DNA of 38,102 nucleotides from Meiothermus sp. (lineage in GTDB: Bacteria > Deinococcota > Deinococci > Deinococcales > Thermaceae), in assembly GCA_033762915.1 (NCBI GenBank), contig JANRLD010000077.1, forward strand, positions 1 through 38,102, written 5' to 3'. Below the pieces are notes generated by a model. That model worked only from the letters and a program-made list of their open reading frames with translations. It was not told where the DNA came from and searched no databases. Every line of letters starts with the position of its first letter. Within the stretch, counting starts at the first letter, position 1. A program made the translations under genes and the position numbers. This document shows, in pieces, positions 1 through 11,908 of this stretch.

Positions 1-266
<266 letters not shown>

Positions 267-405
267 GGTTGCCACAGCGGGCAGCGGGGCATTCGACCAC
301 AAACGCATCATCTTCCTCCTTGAAAACAGACCGGCCATCCAGCAACCCACGCCGCCCCGCGTGAGCGGGCGGGCGGGGGGATCAACGGCGACGTTGGCAT
401 GACAT

Positions 406-1662
406 TCACAGAATGTAGCGCGAGAGATCCCTCGAGGCCAGAACCTGTCCCAGGCGGGCCTCCACGTATTCGGGGGTGATCTCCACCGACCCGATGTTGG
501 TTTGGAAGGCCACCTCTTCCAAAAGGCGCTCCAAGACCGTCGAGAGCCGTCGAGCGCCAATATCCTCCAGTTCTTGGTTAGCTTGGTGAGCGAAACGGGC
601 GATGGTCTGAATGGATTCCGAACTGAAGCGCAGCTCGATTCCGTCCGCGCCCAGGAGGGCGGAGTACTGCTTGATGAGGGAATTCTCCGGCTCGCGCAGG
701 ATGCGCTCGAACTCCGAGGCGGCGAGGGGCTCGAGTTCGACCCGAATGGGGAAGCGGCCCTGAAGCTCGGGCAGCAGGTCGGAGGGCTTGGAGACGTGAA
801 AGGCCCCCGCCGCGATGAACAGCACGTGGTCGGTGGAGACCGGTCCGAGGCGGGTCGAGACCACCGTGCCCTCCACCACCGGCAGCAGGTCGCGCTGCAC
901 CCCCTCGCCCGAAACGTCCGGCCCGCCGGTCTGGCCCCTGGCGCGGGCCACCTTGTCGATCTCGTCTATGAAGACGATGCCCTCTTCTTGGGCCAGGCGC
1001 AGGGCCTCGCGGTTGGCCTCTTCCTTGTCCACCAGCCGCTCGGCCTCCTGGTTTTTAAGCACCTCGAGGGCCTCCCGCACCTTCATCTTGCGCCGCACGC
1101 GGCGCTGCGGCATCAGTCCCTTGAGCATCTCCTGCAGGCCCTGCATCTGCTCGCCGCCCCCCATGCCGCCCATGAAGGGCATCTTGGCCTCCTCGGCGAC
1201 CTCGATCTCCACCACGGCCTCGTTGTGCTTGCCCGCCCGGATCTCGAACTGCGGCACCCGCAACAGCGAGCTGATCTCGTCCTCGGCCAGGCTCTGGGCG
1301 CGGCCCTCCACCTTGGCCTTCATGGCCTCCATCACCAGCTGGTAGGCGGCCTCGGCCAGGTCGCGCACGATGGAGTCCACGTCGCGCCCCACGTAGCCCA
1401 CCTCGGTGAACTTGGTGGCCTCGACCTTGAGGAAGGGGGCCCCCGCCAGCCGCGCCAGCCGCCGGGCGATCTCGGTCTTGCCCACGCCGGTCGGACCGAT
1501 CATTAAGATGTTCTTGGGCGTTACTTCTCGAGCCAGTTCGGGGGCCAGCCTGCGCCGCCGGATCCGGTTGCGCAGCGCCACCGCCACCGCCCGTTTGGCC
1601 GAGTTCTGCCCCACGATGTGCTTGTCGAGCTGGGCGACGATTTCGGCGGGAGTTAAGTTCAC
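406..1662 (-). CDS. hslU: ATP-dependent protease ATPase subunit HslU
   Basis: GTG start (VNLTPAEIV), Walker A GPTGVGKT, GYVG pore loop, FIDEIDK, GVQRDLLP, ELQGRFPIRVEL, C-terminal DLSRYIL. Confidence 0.97.
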   Translation of the reverse strand: MNLTPAEIVAQLDKHIVGQNSAKRAVAVALRNRIRRRRLAPELAREVTPKNILMIGPTGVGKTEIARRLARLAGAPFLKVEATKFTEVGYVGRDVDSIVRDLAEAAYQLVMEAMKAKVEGRAQSLAEDEISSLLRVPQFEIRAGKHNEAVVEIEVAEEAKMPFMGGMGGGEQMQGLQEMLKGLMPQRRVRRKMKVREALEVLKNQEAERLVDKEEANREALRLAQEEGIVFIDEIDKVARARGQTGGPDVSGEGVQRDLLPVVEGTVVSTRLGPVSTDHVLFIAAGAFHVSKPSDLLPELQGRFPIRVELEPLAASEFERILREPENSLIKQYSALLGADGIELRFSSESIQTIARFAHQANQELEDIGARRLSTVLERLLEEVAFQTNIGSVEITPEYVEARLGQVLASRDLSRYIL

Positions 1663-1843
1663 CGGCGACCCCCTTGGCGGGAGGCCGAACGTGATGGGCG
1701 ATGAGCGGAGAGCGACGAGCTTGGGTGGGGTGCCCACCCAATTCCTGACCGCGAAAACTGGTGGGCACGCCGTGACTCGCGGCCTGTGGCCGTAAACACC
1801 ACAAGCCATGGTCCCCGGCGCTCGCTGCGCGCTGAAGACGCGG
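1663..1843. repeat. Repeat-rich insert between hslV and hslU
   Basis: Degenerate heptamers GTGATGG-GCGATGA-GCGGAGA-GCGACGA (1691-1718) and a perfect hairpin TTGGGTGGG-gtg-CCCACCCAA (1721-1741); flanked by GTGA on the minus strand at both ends. Confidence 0.55.
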
Positions 1844-2395
1844 TCACACGTTCCCCCCAACACTCAGCACCTGCGTCGGGTTCCCCGAAGTGTACAGATC
1901 GATCTCGCCCGCGATGCGGATGGCCTGCTCGGCGATCTCGGGGGCGGTGAGGTCAGAGTGGCGGATCAGGGCCTTGGCGACGGAGAGGGCGTAGCCGCCG
2001 CCGGAGCCGATGGCGATCACCGGCTCGTCGGGGGTGAGGACTTCGCCGTTGCCGGAGAGGATCAGCAGGGTATCGCGGTCGGCCACGATCATCATGGCCT
2101 CGAGGTTCCTCAGTACCCGGTCGGTGCGCCAGAGCTTGGCAGTCTCCACCGCAGCCCGCACCAGGCTGCCCTTGGCGACCCCCAGCGCGTTCTCGAACTT
2201 CTCGAGCAGGGTCTGGGCGTCGGCCACCGCGCCCGCGAAGCCCACCAGGATGCCGCCCCCCACCTCGAGGCGTCGCACCTTGACCGCCCCGACCTTCATG
2301 ATGATCTGCCCCAGCGTGACCTGACCATCCCCCGCTATGGCGGTGACACCTTCACGACGGACTGCGACGATGGTGGTGCCGTGCATTGGTTCCAT
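1844..2395 (-). CDS. hslV: ATP-dependent protease peptidase subunit HslV
   Basis: HGTTIVAV catalytic Thr, AGDGQVT, GFAGAVADA, IGSGG; adjacent to hslU. Confidence 0.97.
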   Translation of the reverse strand: MEPMHGTTIVAVRREGVTAIAGDGQVTLGQIIMKVGAVKVRRLEVGGGILVGFAGAVADAQTLLEKFENALGVAKGSLVRAAVETAKLWRTDRVLRNLEAMMIVADRDTLLILSGNGEVLTPDEPVIAIGSGGGYALSVAKALIRHSDLTAPEIAEQAIRIAGEIDLYTSGNPTQVLSVGGNV

Positions 2396-2512
2396 TCCAC
2401 CGAAATGTAGCCCTGCCGGGTGAAGATGCCGTGAGAGACACGCGCTGTAACGAAAACAAGTTCGTTCAGGGGCGTCCGTGTAGCTGGGAGAGCCTGTTGT
2501 TGGACCGGGGGT

Positions 2513-4585
<2,073 letters not shown>

Positions 4586-4705
4586 CTAAGCCGCCTTCCG
4601 ATGCCTTTCTTTCTGCTATCCACCTTCTGACTGACCCCTGAACTCACCGCAGCCCAACAAAGCCCCTACATCATTCAAATACGGTTTAGATGTAACCCGC
4701 ACCCC

Positions 4706-4735
4706 TTCAAAAGGGGCCTCGAGTTGCCATATAAT
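4706..4735 (+). promoter_or_regulatory. Putative sigma-A promoter of the BMP gene
   Basis: TTCAAA-N18-TATAAT; GGAGG RBS before ATG 4796. Confidence 0.5.
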
Positions 4736-4795
4736 CCGCTCGGCTGACAGCCATTAAGTTTTGTCCAAGTTGCTTGGGCAAACCCCGGAGGAGAG

Positions 4796-5929
4796 ATGAA
4801 GAAATCGCTAGTTTTGGGAACCGCGCTGGTCGCCGCGCTGGGTCTGGGCTTCGCCCAGCAGGTGCGGGTGGGCATCGCCTTCGACGCGGGCGGCAAGAAC
4901 GACCGCTCCTTCAACCAGTCCACCTTCGAGGGCGCACAGCGTGCGCAGCGCGAGTTGGGCGTGCGCATCTTCGACTTCGAGCCCGCCGAGTCGGGCCAGA
5001 CCGCTCAGGGCATCCGCAACTTCGCCTCCGAGGGCTTCAACGGCGTGGTAGGGGTGGGCTTCGCCAACGAACCCGCCATCACCGCCAACGCCAAGGAGTT
5101 CAAGGACGTCAAGTTTGCGGTGATCGATAGCGTGCCCGGCGAGGGCAAGCTCCCCAACGCGGTGGGCCTGGTCTTCCGCGAGCACGAGGGCAGCTACTTG
5201 GTCGGCTTCATCGCTGGCTCCGTCACCAACACCGGTGTGGTGGCCTTCGTGGGCGGGATGGACATCCCCCTGATCCACAAGTTCGAGCAGGGCTACCGCG
5301 CAGGCGCTATCGCCGCCATGCAGGCCCGCAACATCGCCAACCCCCGCGTGCTGATCAACTACGTCGGCACCACTCCCGCCGCCTGGAACGACCCCAACCG
5401 GGCCAAGGAGATCGCCACCACCCAGAAGAGCCAGGGCGCGGACATCATCTACGCCGCCGCGGGCGCTTCGGGCCTGGGCGTGATTGACTTCGTGAAGGAG
5501 CAGCGCTGCATCAAGCAAGGCGACCTGCCCTCCGGCGCCCGCTTCATCTCCAACAACGGCGCCAACGTGCAGAAGTACGCCGCCTACAACCAGAACTGCC
5601 CCGCCGCCACCAGCCGCCCGATGTTCTTCATCGGCGTGGACGCCAACCAGAACTACCTGGGCGACACCGACAACAACCCCGCCACCCTCAACCACGGCCT
5701 GACCTCGATGCTCAAGCGGGTGGATGTGGCCACCTTCGAGTTCATCAAGAGCGTGCGCGACAACAAGTTCCAGCCTGGCGTGCGCGAGTTCGGTCTGTCC
5801 AACAACGGCGTCGGCTACGCCCGCGACAACTTCAACAGCGCCCTGATCCCCCTCTCCTTGGTGAACCGCGTCGAGGCCCTGCGCCGCAGCATCATCGCCG
5901 GGACCCTCAAGGTGCCCGACAAGCGCTAA
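4796..5929 (+). CDS. BMP/PnrA-family ABC transporter substrate-binding protein (nucleoside-type)
   Basis: Signal peptide, DAGGKNDRSFNQS, FREHEGSYLVG, GADIIYAAAG, IGVDANQ, TSMLKRVD. Confidence 0.92.
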   Translation: MKKSLVLGTALVAALGLGFAQQVRVGIAFDAGGKNDRSFNQSTFEGAQRAQRELGVRIFDFEPAESGQTAQGIRNFASEGFNGVVGVGFANEPAITANAKEFKDVKFAVIDSVPGEGKLPNAVGLVFREHEGSYLVGFIAGSVTNTGVVAFVGGMDIPLIHKFEQGYRAGAIAAMQARNIANPRVLINYVGTTPAAWNDPNRAKEIATTQKSQGADIIYAAAGASGLGVIDFVKEQRCIKQGDLPSGARFISNNGANVQKYAAYNQNCPAATSRPMFFIGVDANQNYLGDTDNNPATLNHGLTSMLKRVDVATFEFIKSVRDNKFQPGVREFGLSNNGVGYARDNFNSALIPLSLVNRVEALRRSIIAGTLKVPDKR

Positions 5930-5947
5930 GAGCAACATGCTTCAGGA

Positions 5948-5978
5948 CTCCCCCGGAAGTTTAGGGGGAGTTTTTTTC
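5948..5978 (+). terminator. Intrinsic terminator after the BMP gene
   Basis: ACTCCCCC/GGGGGAGT stem followed by a T run. Confidence 0.75.
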
Positions 5979-6072
5979 TGGCAAAGGGGGCAGCACCGTG
6001 AACCCGGCGGCTTTATTCCTGTGTTTTCTTCCCTCGCTTCTCACTCGAGGCCTCCCGCCGTATGATTACCCC

Positions 6073-7590
6073 ATGTCAGGCCAGATCGGTTCGCCGGCCC
6101 TCGAGCTGAAGAACATCACCAAGCGCTACCCGCTGGTGCTCGCCAACGACAACATCTCCCTGATCGTCAACTGGGGCGAGGTGCTGGCGGTGGTGGGGGA
6201 GAACGGGGCGGGCAAGTCCACCCTGATGAAGATCGTCTACGGGCTGGTCAAGCCCGACCGAGGCGAGATCTGGGTGGACGGCAAGAAGGTGGGTGTGACC
6301 GGCCCGGCCGACGCCATCGCCCAGGGCATCGGGATGGTGCACCAGCACTTCATGCTCGTAGACCCCTTCACCGTGCTCGAGAACATCGTGCTGGGCTCTG
6401 AGCCGACCCAGGGGGCACAGCTCGACATGGCCAAGGCCAGGGCCGAGGTCGAGGCGCTGATGAAAGACCTCGAGTTCGACCTCCCGCTCGACACCCCGGT
6501 GGAGGAGCTCTCGGTAGGGTTGCAGCAGCGGGTCGAAATCCTCAAGGCGCTCTACCGGAAGGCGCAGATTCTGATTTTGGACGAGCCGACCGCCGTGCTG
6601 ACCCCGCAGGAAGCCGACGAGCTGTTCGAGTTCCTCAAGCGCTTCGCCGCCCAGGGGCGGGCCATCATCTTCATCAGCCACAAGCTGGGCGAGGTGATCA
6701 AGCTCTCCAACCGGGTCACCACCATCCGCGACGGCAGGGTGGTGGGCAGCGTCGTCACCGCCCAGACCAACGTCAACCAGCTGGCTCAGATGATGGTGGG
6801 GCGCGAGGTGGATTTGACGGTTAAAAAGGCTGAGGCCAACCCGCGCGAGGTGGCCCTCGAGGTCGAGAACCTGACCATCGCCAGCAAGGAAAAGAAGGGC
6901 CGGCTCAACGGGGTCTCGTTCCAGGTGCGCTCTGGCGAGGTGGTGGGCATCGCCGGGGTGGAGGGCAACGGCCAGACCGAGTTGGTCGAGGCCATCACTG
7001 GTCTGCGGGCCTATTCGGGCGCGATTAAATACCAGGGCCAGCCGCTGCCACACAGCGCTAGGGCGGTGCGCGAGTGGGGGGTCTCGCACATCCCCGAAGA
7101 CCGCAACGCCCGCGGCGTCGTGTTGGACTTTGTCACCAAGGAGAACCTGATCCTGGGTGACCACTACCGCAGCCCCAACGCGGGCTTCCTGGGCTTTATC
7201 GACGCCCAGAAGATCGAGGAGGAGGCCGAGAAGATCGTCGAGGAGTTCGACGTGCGCCCGCGCTCCATCGAGCTGGCGGCCCGGCGCTACTCGGGCGGCA
7301 ACGCCCAAAAGATTATCGTGGGCCGCGAGCTGAGCCGCGAGCCCAAGGTGCTGGTGGCGGCCCAGCCCACCCGTGGAGTAGACATCGGGGCCATCGAGTT
7401 CATCCACGAGAGCATCGTCAAGGCCAGGGACGCGGGCATGGCGGTGCTGCTGGTCTCCGCCGACCTCAACGAAGTCCGCGCCCTCTCCGACCGCATCCTG
7501 GTGATGTTTGAGGGCAAGATCATGGGCGAGATGCCGGCCAAGGAGGCCACCGAGGAAAAGCTGGGCCTGCTGATGGCGGGGATCGCGTAG
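6073..7590 (+). CDS. CUT2-type (nucleoside/sugar) ABC transporter ATP-binding protein with tandem NBDs
   Basis: [49 protein letters not shown] 6 nt before ATG 6073. Confidence 0.93.
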   Translation: MSGQIGSPALELKNITKRYPLVLANDNISLIVNWGEVLAVVGENGAGKSTLMKIVYGLVKPDRGEIWVDGKKVGVTGPADAIAQGIGMVHQHFMLVDPFTVLENIVLGSEPTQGAQLDMAKARAEVEALMKDLEFDLPLDTPVEELSVGLQQRVEILKALYRKAQILILDEPTAVLTPQEADELFEFLKRFAAQGRAIIFISHKLGEVIKLSNRVTTIRDGRVVGSVVTAQTNVNQLAQMMVGREVDLTVKKAEANPREVALEVENLTIASKEKKGRLNGVSFQVRSGEVVGIAGVEGNGQTELVEAITGLRAYSGAIKYQGQPLPHSARAVREWGVSHIPEDRNARGVVLDFVTKENLILGDHYRSPNAGFLGFIDAQKIEEEAEKIVEEFDVRPRSIELAARRYSGGNAQKIIVGRELSREPKVLVAAQPTRGVDIGAIEFIHESIVKARDAGMAVLLVSADLNEVRALSDRILVMFEGKIMGEMPAKEATEEKLGLLMAGIA

Positions 7591-7606
7591 GGCCGGAGGT
7601 CAAAGG

Positions 7607-7701
7607 CCCCCTCATCCCAGCCCTTCTCCCATAGGGAGAAGGGCTCTCTCTTGGCCAAACAAAACCCCTCTCCCACAGGGAGAGGGGCCGGGGTGAGGGG
7701 C
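7607..7701. repeat. CIR/REP-like double-hairpin palindromic element between convergent genes
   Basis: CCCTTCTCCC-ata-GGGAGAAGGG and CCCCTCTCCC-aca-GGGAGAGGGG, enclosed by CCCCTCATCCC / GGGGTGAGGGG. Confidence 0.7.
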
Positions 7702-7703
7702 TT

Positions 7704-9581
7704 TTACGCGCCGCCCAGGTTCGGCTTGATCTTGGGCACGATGCGGGGGGGTTCTTTCTCTTCCTTGTCGGGCTGGGGTGGGTCTTTGGGGGGGGCCAGC
7801 TCGAGGGTCTCACCGTTCACCACCCGCAGGAATTGCTCGGCGTTGAGGGTCTCGTGCTCGAGCAGCGCCCGGGTAACCCGCTCGAGCACTTCCCGCTGCT
7901 CGGTGAGCATGGTCTCCACCTCGTCGTGCTGCTCCTGCAGGAGCTTCTGTACCGCCTCGTCGATGCGCTTGGCGGTCTCCTCAGAGTACTGGCGGGTGTC
8001 GTAGCCGCCCAGGTAGGTGTCCTCGCGGATCTGGTAGGCCACGAAGCCGAAGTCGGGGTGCATCCCCCACTCGGTGATCATGCGCCGGGCCAGGTTGGTG
8101 GCCTGGCGGAAGTCGTTCTCGGCCCCCGTGGTGACGTCATCGAACACCAGTTCTTCCGCGACACGGCCCGCCAGCGCCACCCCGATCTGGTGGGTCAGGC
8201 GCTTCTTCGACCAGTGCAGCGAGTCGTCGCGCTGGGGCATGGCAAAGCCCATGGCCCGGCCGCGCGGCACAATCGTGACCTTGTGCGGGGGGTCGGCGTG
8301 CTGGAGGAAGTGCATCGCCAGGGCGTGCCCGGCCTCGTGGTAGGCGGTGATCTCGCGGTCCTTCTGGGTGATCACCATGCTCTTCTTGGCCGGCCCCATG
8401 ATCACCCGGTCGGCGGCCTCCTCGAGGTCGCGCATGGTGATCTTCTTGCGGTTGTCGCGGGCGGCCAGCAGGGCGGCCTCGTTGAGCATGTTCTCGAGGT
8501 CGGCCCCCACGAAGCCGGGAGTGCGCCGGGCGATCAGGGCCAGGTCGACCTCCTCGGCCAGGGGCTTGCCCTTGGCGTGAATCTTGAGGATCTGCTCGCG
8601 CCCGCGCACGTCGGGGGCGTCAATGGCCACCTGGCGGTCGAAACGACCAGGGCGCAGCAGGGCCGGGTCGAGCACATCGGGGCGGTTGGTGGCCGCCATG
8701 ATGATGATGCTGGTGTCCTTCTCGAAGCCGTCGAGCTCGACGAGCAGCTGGTTCAGGGTCTGCTCGCGCTCGTCGTTGCCGCCGCCCACCCCGCCGCCGC
8801 GCCTGCGGCCCACCGCGTCGATCTCGTCGACGAAGATGATGCAGGGCGCGTGGCGCTTGGCGGTCTCGAAGAGGTCGCGCACGCGCGCGGCCCCTACCCC
8901 AACGAACATCTCCACGAAGTCAGAGCCGGAGGCGGCGATGAAGGGCACCTTGGCCTCGCCCGCCACTGCGCGCGCGATGTGGGTCTTGCCCGAGCCCGGA
9001 GGCCCCACCAGCAGCACGCCCTTGGGAATCCGGGCCCCCATCTCGTGGAAGCGGGCCGGGGCCTTGAGGAACTCCACGATCTCCTTGAGCTCGTCCTTGG
9101 CCTCCTCGCAGCCTGCCACGTCGCGGAAGCTGGTCTTGGGGGCTTCGGTGAGTACCTTGGCCCGGCTCTTGGTGAAGCTGAAGGCGTTGTCGCCGCCGGG
9201 GGAGCGGTTGCGAGAGAAGTAGAAGAACACGGCCACCAGCAGGCCGATCAGGAGTATGGGGATCAGGAAGCTTAGGAGGGGATTCTCGCGGCGCGGCCCG
9301 ACGATCTCCACCGCGATGTTCTTGTTGCCCCAGGCCTGCACGGTGGGGGTGTCCACCAGCCCCGGCGAGAAGGTGATGAACTGGTCGCCGTCCTTGAGGT
9401 TGACGTTGAGCTGCCGCCCGTCCACCCGCACCTTGCTCACCCGCCCCTGCTCGACCTCTTGCAGGAAGGTAGTGTAGGCGATCTGGTTCTGGGGCTGCTG
9501 GTTGGAGGTGAGGGAGAAGGCCCAGGCGATCAAAATAGCAGCCAGCAGGATAAACCACAGGTTGAACGGCAAACGGTTCAT
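7704..9581 (-). CDS. ftsH: ATP-dependent zinc metalloprotease FtsH
   Basis: Two N-terminal TM segments, [42 protein letters not shown]. Confidence 0.97.
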   Translation of the reverse strand: MNRLPFNLWFILLAAILIAWAFSLTSNQQPQNQIAYTTFLQEVEQGRVSKVRVDGRQLNVNLKDGDQFITFSPGLVDTPTVQAWGNKNIAVEIVGPRRENPLLSFLIPILLIGLLVAVFFYFSRNRSPGGDNAFSFTKSRAKVLTEAPKTSFRDVAGCEEAKDELKEIVEFLKAPARFHEMGARIPKGVLLVGPPGSGKTHIARAVAGEAKVPFIAASGSDFVEMFVGVGAARVRDLFETAKRHAPCIIFVDEIDAVGRRRGGGVGGGNDEREQTLNQLLVELDGFEKDTSIIIMAATNRPDVLDPALLRPGRFDRQVAIDAPDVRGREQILKIHAKGKPLAEEVDLALIARRTPGFVGADLENMLNEAALLAARDNRKKITMRDLEEAADRVIMGPAKKSMVITQKDREITAYHEAGHALAMHFLQHADPPHKVTIVPRGRAMGFAMPQRDDSLHWSKKRLTHQIGVALAGRVAEELVFDDVTTGAENDFRQATNLARRMITEWGMHPDFGFVAYQIREDTYLGGYDTRQYSEETAKRIDEAVQKLLQEQHDEVETMLTEQREVLERVTRALLEHETLNAEQFLRVVNGETLELAPPKDPPQPDKEEKEPPRIVPKIKPNLGGA

Positions 9582-9743
9582 TGCCCCTCTAGAGTACACC
9601 CAAAGCCAGGGACAAAGGTAGTCAAACAAACGTTGGCAGCCCAGGTCGAAAAACCCGTTGGGAATCGGCTCATTGCGGGTTCATCTTAGGCGGAATTTAG
9701 GTAGGCTTCAGAAATGTTTAGGGGGCGGAATTGGGGGCGGCCT

Positions 9744-10454
9744 CTACAGATGCTTCACCCTGTGCCGGTACCGCTCGAGCAGCCCCATGTTGTGCTCCTC
9801 GGCCCCCGGCATATTGCTGCTGCGGTAGGCGGGGACGCCCCGGCCCTCGGCCGCCAGCAATCCTGCCACCTCGGCCACTAGGGCGCCCAGGATGAAGCTG
9901 CCCGCCACCCCTGAGCCCGCCGCCACGGTCTCGCCGCCGACCTCCACCAGCGCGTCGCCGGGGGGGGTGTGGTTGTCGAGCACCAGATCGGCGATCTGGG
10001 GCATGGGGGAGTTTTTCATCTGGGCGTAAGGGCGGCTGAGCAGGGCGATCACGGTCATGCCCCTGGCCTTGGCGGCCCGTGCGACGTCCAGTACCACCGC
10101 GTTGGCGGCGCTGTTGGAGATTGCCAGCAGCACGTCGCCCGCTTCCACCGGGTAGCGCTCGACGACGTGCACCCCATAGCCGGGGACGCGCTCGAGGAAG
10201 GTCGAGGCGGTCGCGCCCGGCTCGAAGGCGGTGCCAGAGTCCATCATCAGGCTGACCGGGGCCAGCCCCCCGGCGCGGTGGAACAGCTCCGCCGCCAGCC
10301 CATAGGAGTGCCCCGTCCCGAAGGCGTAGATCAGCCGGTCGGCGGCGATGGCGTCGGCCATGACCCGGGCCGCCTCCTTGAGGGCGGGGGTCTCCCGCTC
10401 CAGCACCTCCTGTAACAGGGCAAAGGCTTTGGTGGCGTAGGTCTCAAGGCTCAT
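9744..10454 (-). CDS. SIS (sugar isomerase) domain protein, UPF0309-like
   Basis: FGTGHS, ELFHRAGGL, ISNSAAN, LDNHTPPGDA. TACAAT 6 nt before ATG 10454. Confidence 0.85.
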   Translation of the reverse strand: MSLETYATKAFALLQEVLERETPALKEAARVMADAIAADRLIYAFGTGHSYGLAAELFHRAGGLAPVSLMMDSGTAFEPGATASTFLERVPGYGVHVVERYPVEAGDVLLAISNSAANAVVLDVARAAKARGMTVIALLSRPYAQMKNSPMPQIADLVLDNHTPPGDALVEVGGETVAAGSGVAGSFILGALVAEVAGLLAAEGRGVPAYRSSNMPGAEEHNMGLLERYRHRVKHL

Positions 10455-10494
10455 GAGGTGATTGTACGCAAGGAGGAGGGAGAAACCACAGCCC

Positions 10495-11127
10495 TCACGA
10501 TCTCCCCCTTCTCTCCTCTCCCCTCTGGAGGTAGTGGTGCCACAGGAGCCGCGCCGCCACCGAGCGCAGCGGTCGCCAATCCTTTCCGACGGCCTCGAAC
10601 GCCTCGCCGGTCGGACGTTCGGGCAAACCTTTGATTTTTTGGTAGGCCACTTGCAAAGCCAAATCCCCCACCGGCCAGACATCGGGGCGGCCCAGGGCCA
10701 TCAGCAGGTAGATATCGGCAGTCCAGTCGCCGATGCCGGTGTGGGCGGTCAGCCGAGCACGAACCTGGGCGTCGTCCAGCTTCTCCAGTTCCCCCACATC
10801 GAAGCCGTCCAAAATTGACCGCGCCAGCAGCCGCACATAGCGCGTCTTCTGGCGGCTGAACCCGACCGTCAGCAGTTCGGCGTCGCCTAGCTCGAGGAAG
10901 TTCTGGGGAGTCAGCTTTATCGCCGCGTTCAGCCGGTTGAAGGCGGCCTTGGCCGAGGCCAGCGAGACCTGCTGCTCGAGGATGATGTGCACCAAAGTCG
11001 GGAAGCCCGGCTCCCGCGCCCACAGCGGCGGTGGGCCGTGCTTGGCGTAGATCAGGGCCAGGTCGGCGTCACGCTCGGCAAGGGTCTCGACGGCGTGCTG
11101 CAAGGTTTTGTGGGTGACGCGTGTCAT
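10495..11127 (-). CDS. alkA: DNA-3-methyladenine glycosylase II (AlkA/HhH-GPD family)
   Basis: ILEQQVS, HhH GIGDWTA, PVGDLAL, WRPLRSVAARLLWH. Confidence 0.88.
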   Translation of the reverse strand: MTRVTHKTLQHAVETLAERDADLALIYAKHGPPPLWAREPGFPTLVHIILEQQVSLASAKAAFNRLNAAIKLTPQNFLELGDAELLTVGFSRQKTRYVRLLARSILDGFDVGELEKLDDAQVRARLTAHTGIGDWTADIYLLMALGRPDVWPVGDLALQVAYQKIKGLPERPTGEAFEAVGKDWRPLRSVAARLLWHHYLQRGEERRGRS

Positions 11128-11159
11128 GGCGTTTAGCGGTGCTCCGGCACGTCACAGCA

Positions 11160-11741
11160 CTACTGAAGTTGGCCTCGAGCCAGCCGCGCCACCGTCTCGA
11201 CCAGCAGCGCGTGCTCGGCCTCCAGGACCCGGGCCGCCAGGGTCTCGGGGGTGTCGCCCGGGAGCACCGGGACCCGGGTCTGGGCCAGCGTTGCCCCGTG
11301 GTCGTACTCGCCATCCACCAGGTGAACGGTCGCGCCGGTCTCGGCCTCGCCGGCCTCGAGAACCGACCTGTGAACATTCAGGCCGTACATGCCCTGTCCA
11401 CCGAACTTGGGCAGCAGGGCGGGGTGGATGTTGACGACCCGCCCACTAAAGGCCGCCAAGGTCTGGGGGCCGAGCTTCTTCATATAGCCACCCAGCACCA
11501 CCAGCCCGACCTCGTGGTGGCGCAAGGTGTGCAGGATGGTCTCGTCGAGGTCGTGGGGGTTGGTGAGCGAGGAGAGGTGGTAGGCCGGGATGTGTTGCGC
11601 TCGAGCGTACTCGAGTACCCCCGCCCCGCTGTTGTTGGAGATCACGGCTCGAGGCTGGCCCGCGATCTGGCCCGACTTGCAGGCCTCCACCACCGCCCGT
11701 ACATTGCTGCCCCTGCCCGAGGCCAGGAAACCGATATTCAC
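11160..11741 (-). CDS. purN: Phosphoribosylglycinamide formyltransferase
   Basis: ASGRGSN, GYMKKL, NIHPALLPKFGG, GATVHLVDGEYDHG. TAAAGT 6 nt before GTG. Confidence 0.9.
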   Translation of the reverse strand: MNIGFLASGRGSNVRAVVEACKSGQIAGQPRAVISNNSGAGVLEYARAQHIPAYHLSSLTNPHDLDETILHTLRHHEVGLVVLGGYMKKLGPQTLAAFSGRVVNIHPALLPKFGGQGMYGLNVHRSVLEAGEAETGATVHLVDGEYDHGATLAQTRVPVLPGDTPETLAARVLEAEHALLVETVARLARGQLQ

Positions 11742-11791
11742 GGCCCCACTTTACAGGGTTTGTGCCGCGCCGCGGGGCCTCGAGGCCTTGG

Positions 11792-11823
11792 TTATCCACA
11801 GGCTTATCCACAGCTTATCCACA
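11792..11823 (+). promoter_or_regulatory. Three tandem consensus DnaA boxes
   Basis: TTATCCACA at 11792, 11804 and 11815, same orientation. Confidence 0.75.
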
Positions 11824-11908
11824 AGCTTAGACGCTCCGCTGGCCCGCCCAGCGGAGCGCTTGGCGGTGGGACAACGCTCCCTCATGGCTGGGGGCGTAAA
11901 CTGTGCGG

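Noticed and set aside
1663..1863. 67-aa N-terminal extension of HslU in the ORF track
   Set aside because: Homology starts at VNLTPAEIV (GTG 1662) with an RBS; the extension is translated repeat DNA overlapping hslV.
11750..11900. oriC
   Set aside because: Only three boxes, no AT-rich unwinding element and no dnaA/dnaN nearby; kept as a DnaA-box cluster instead.
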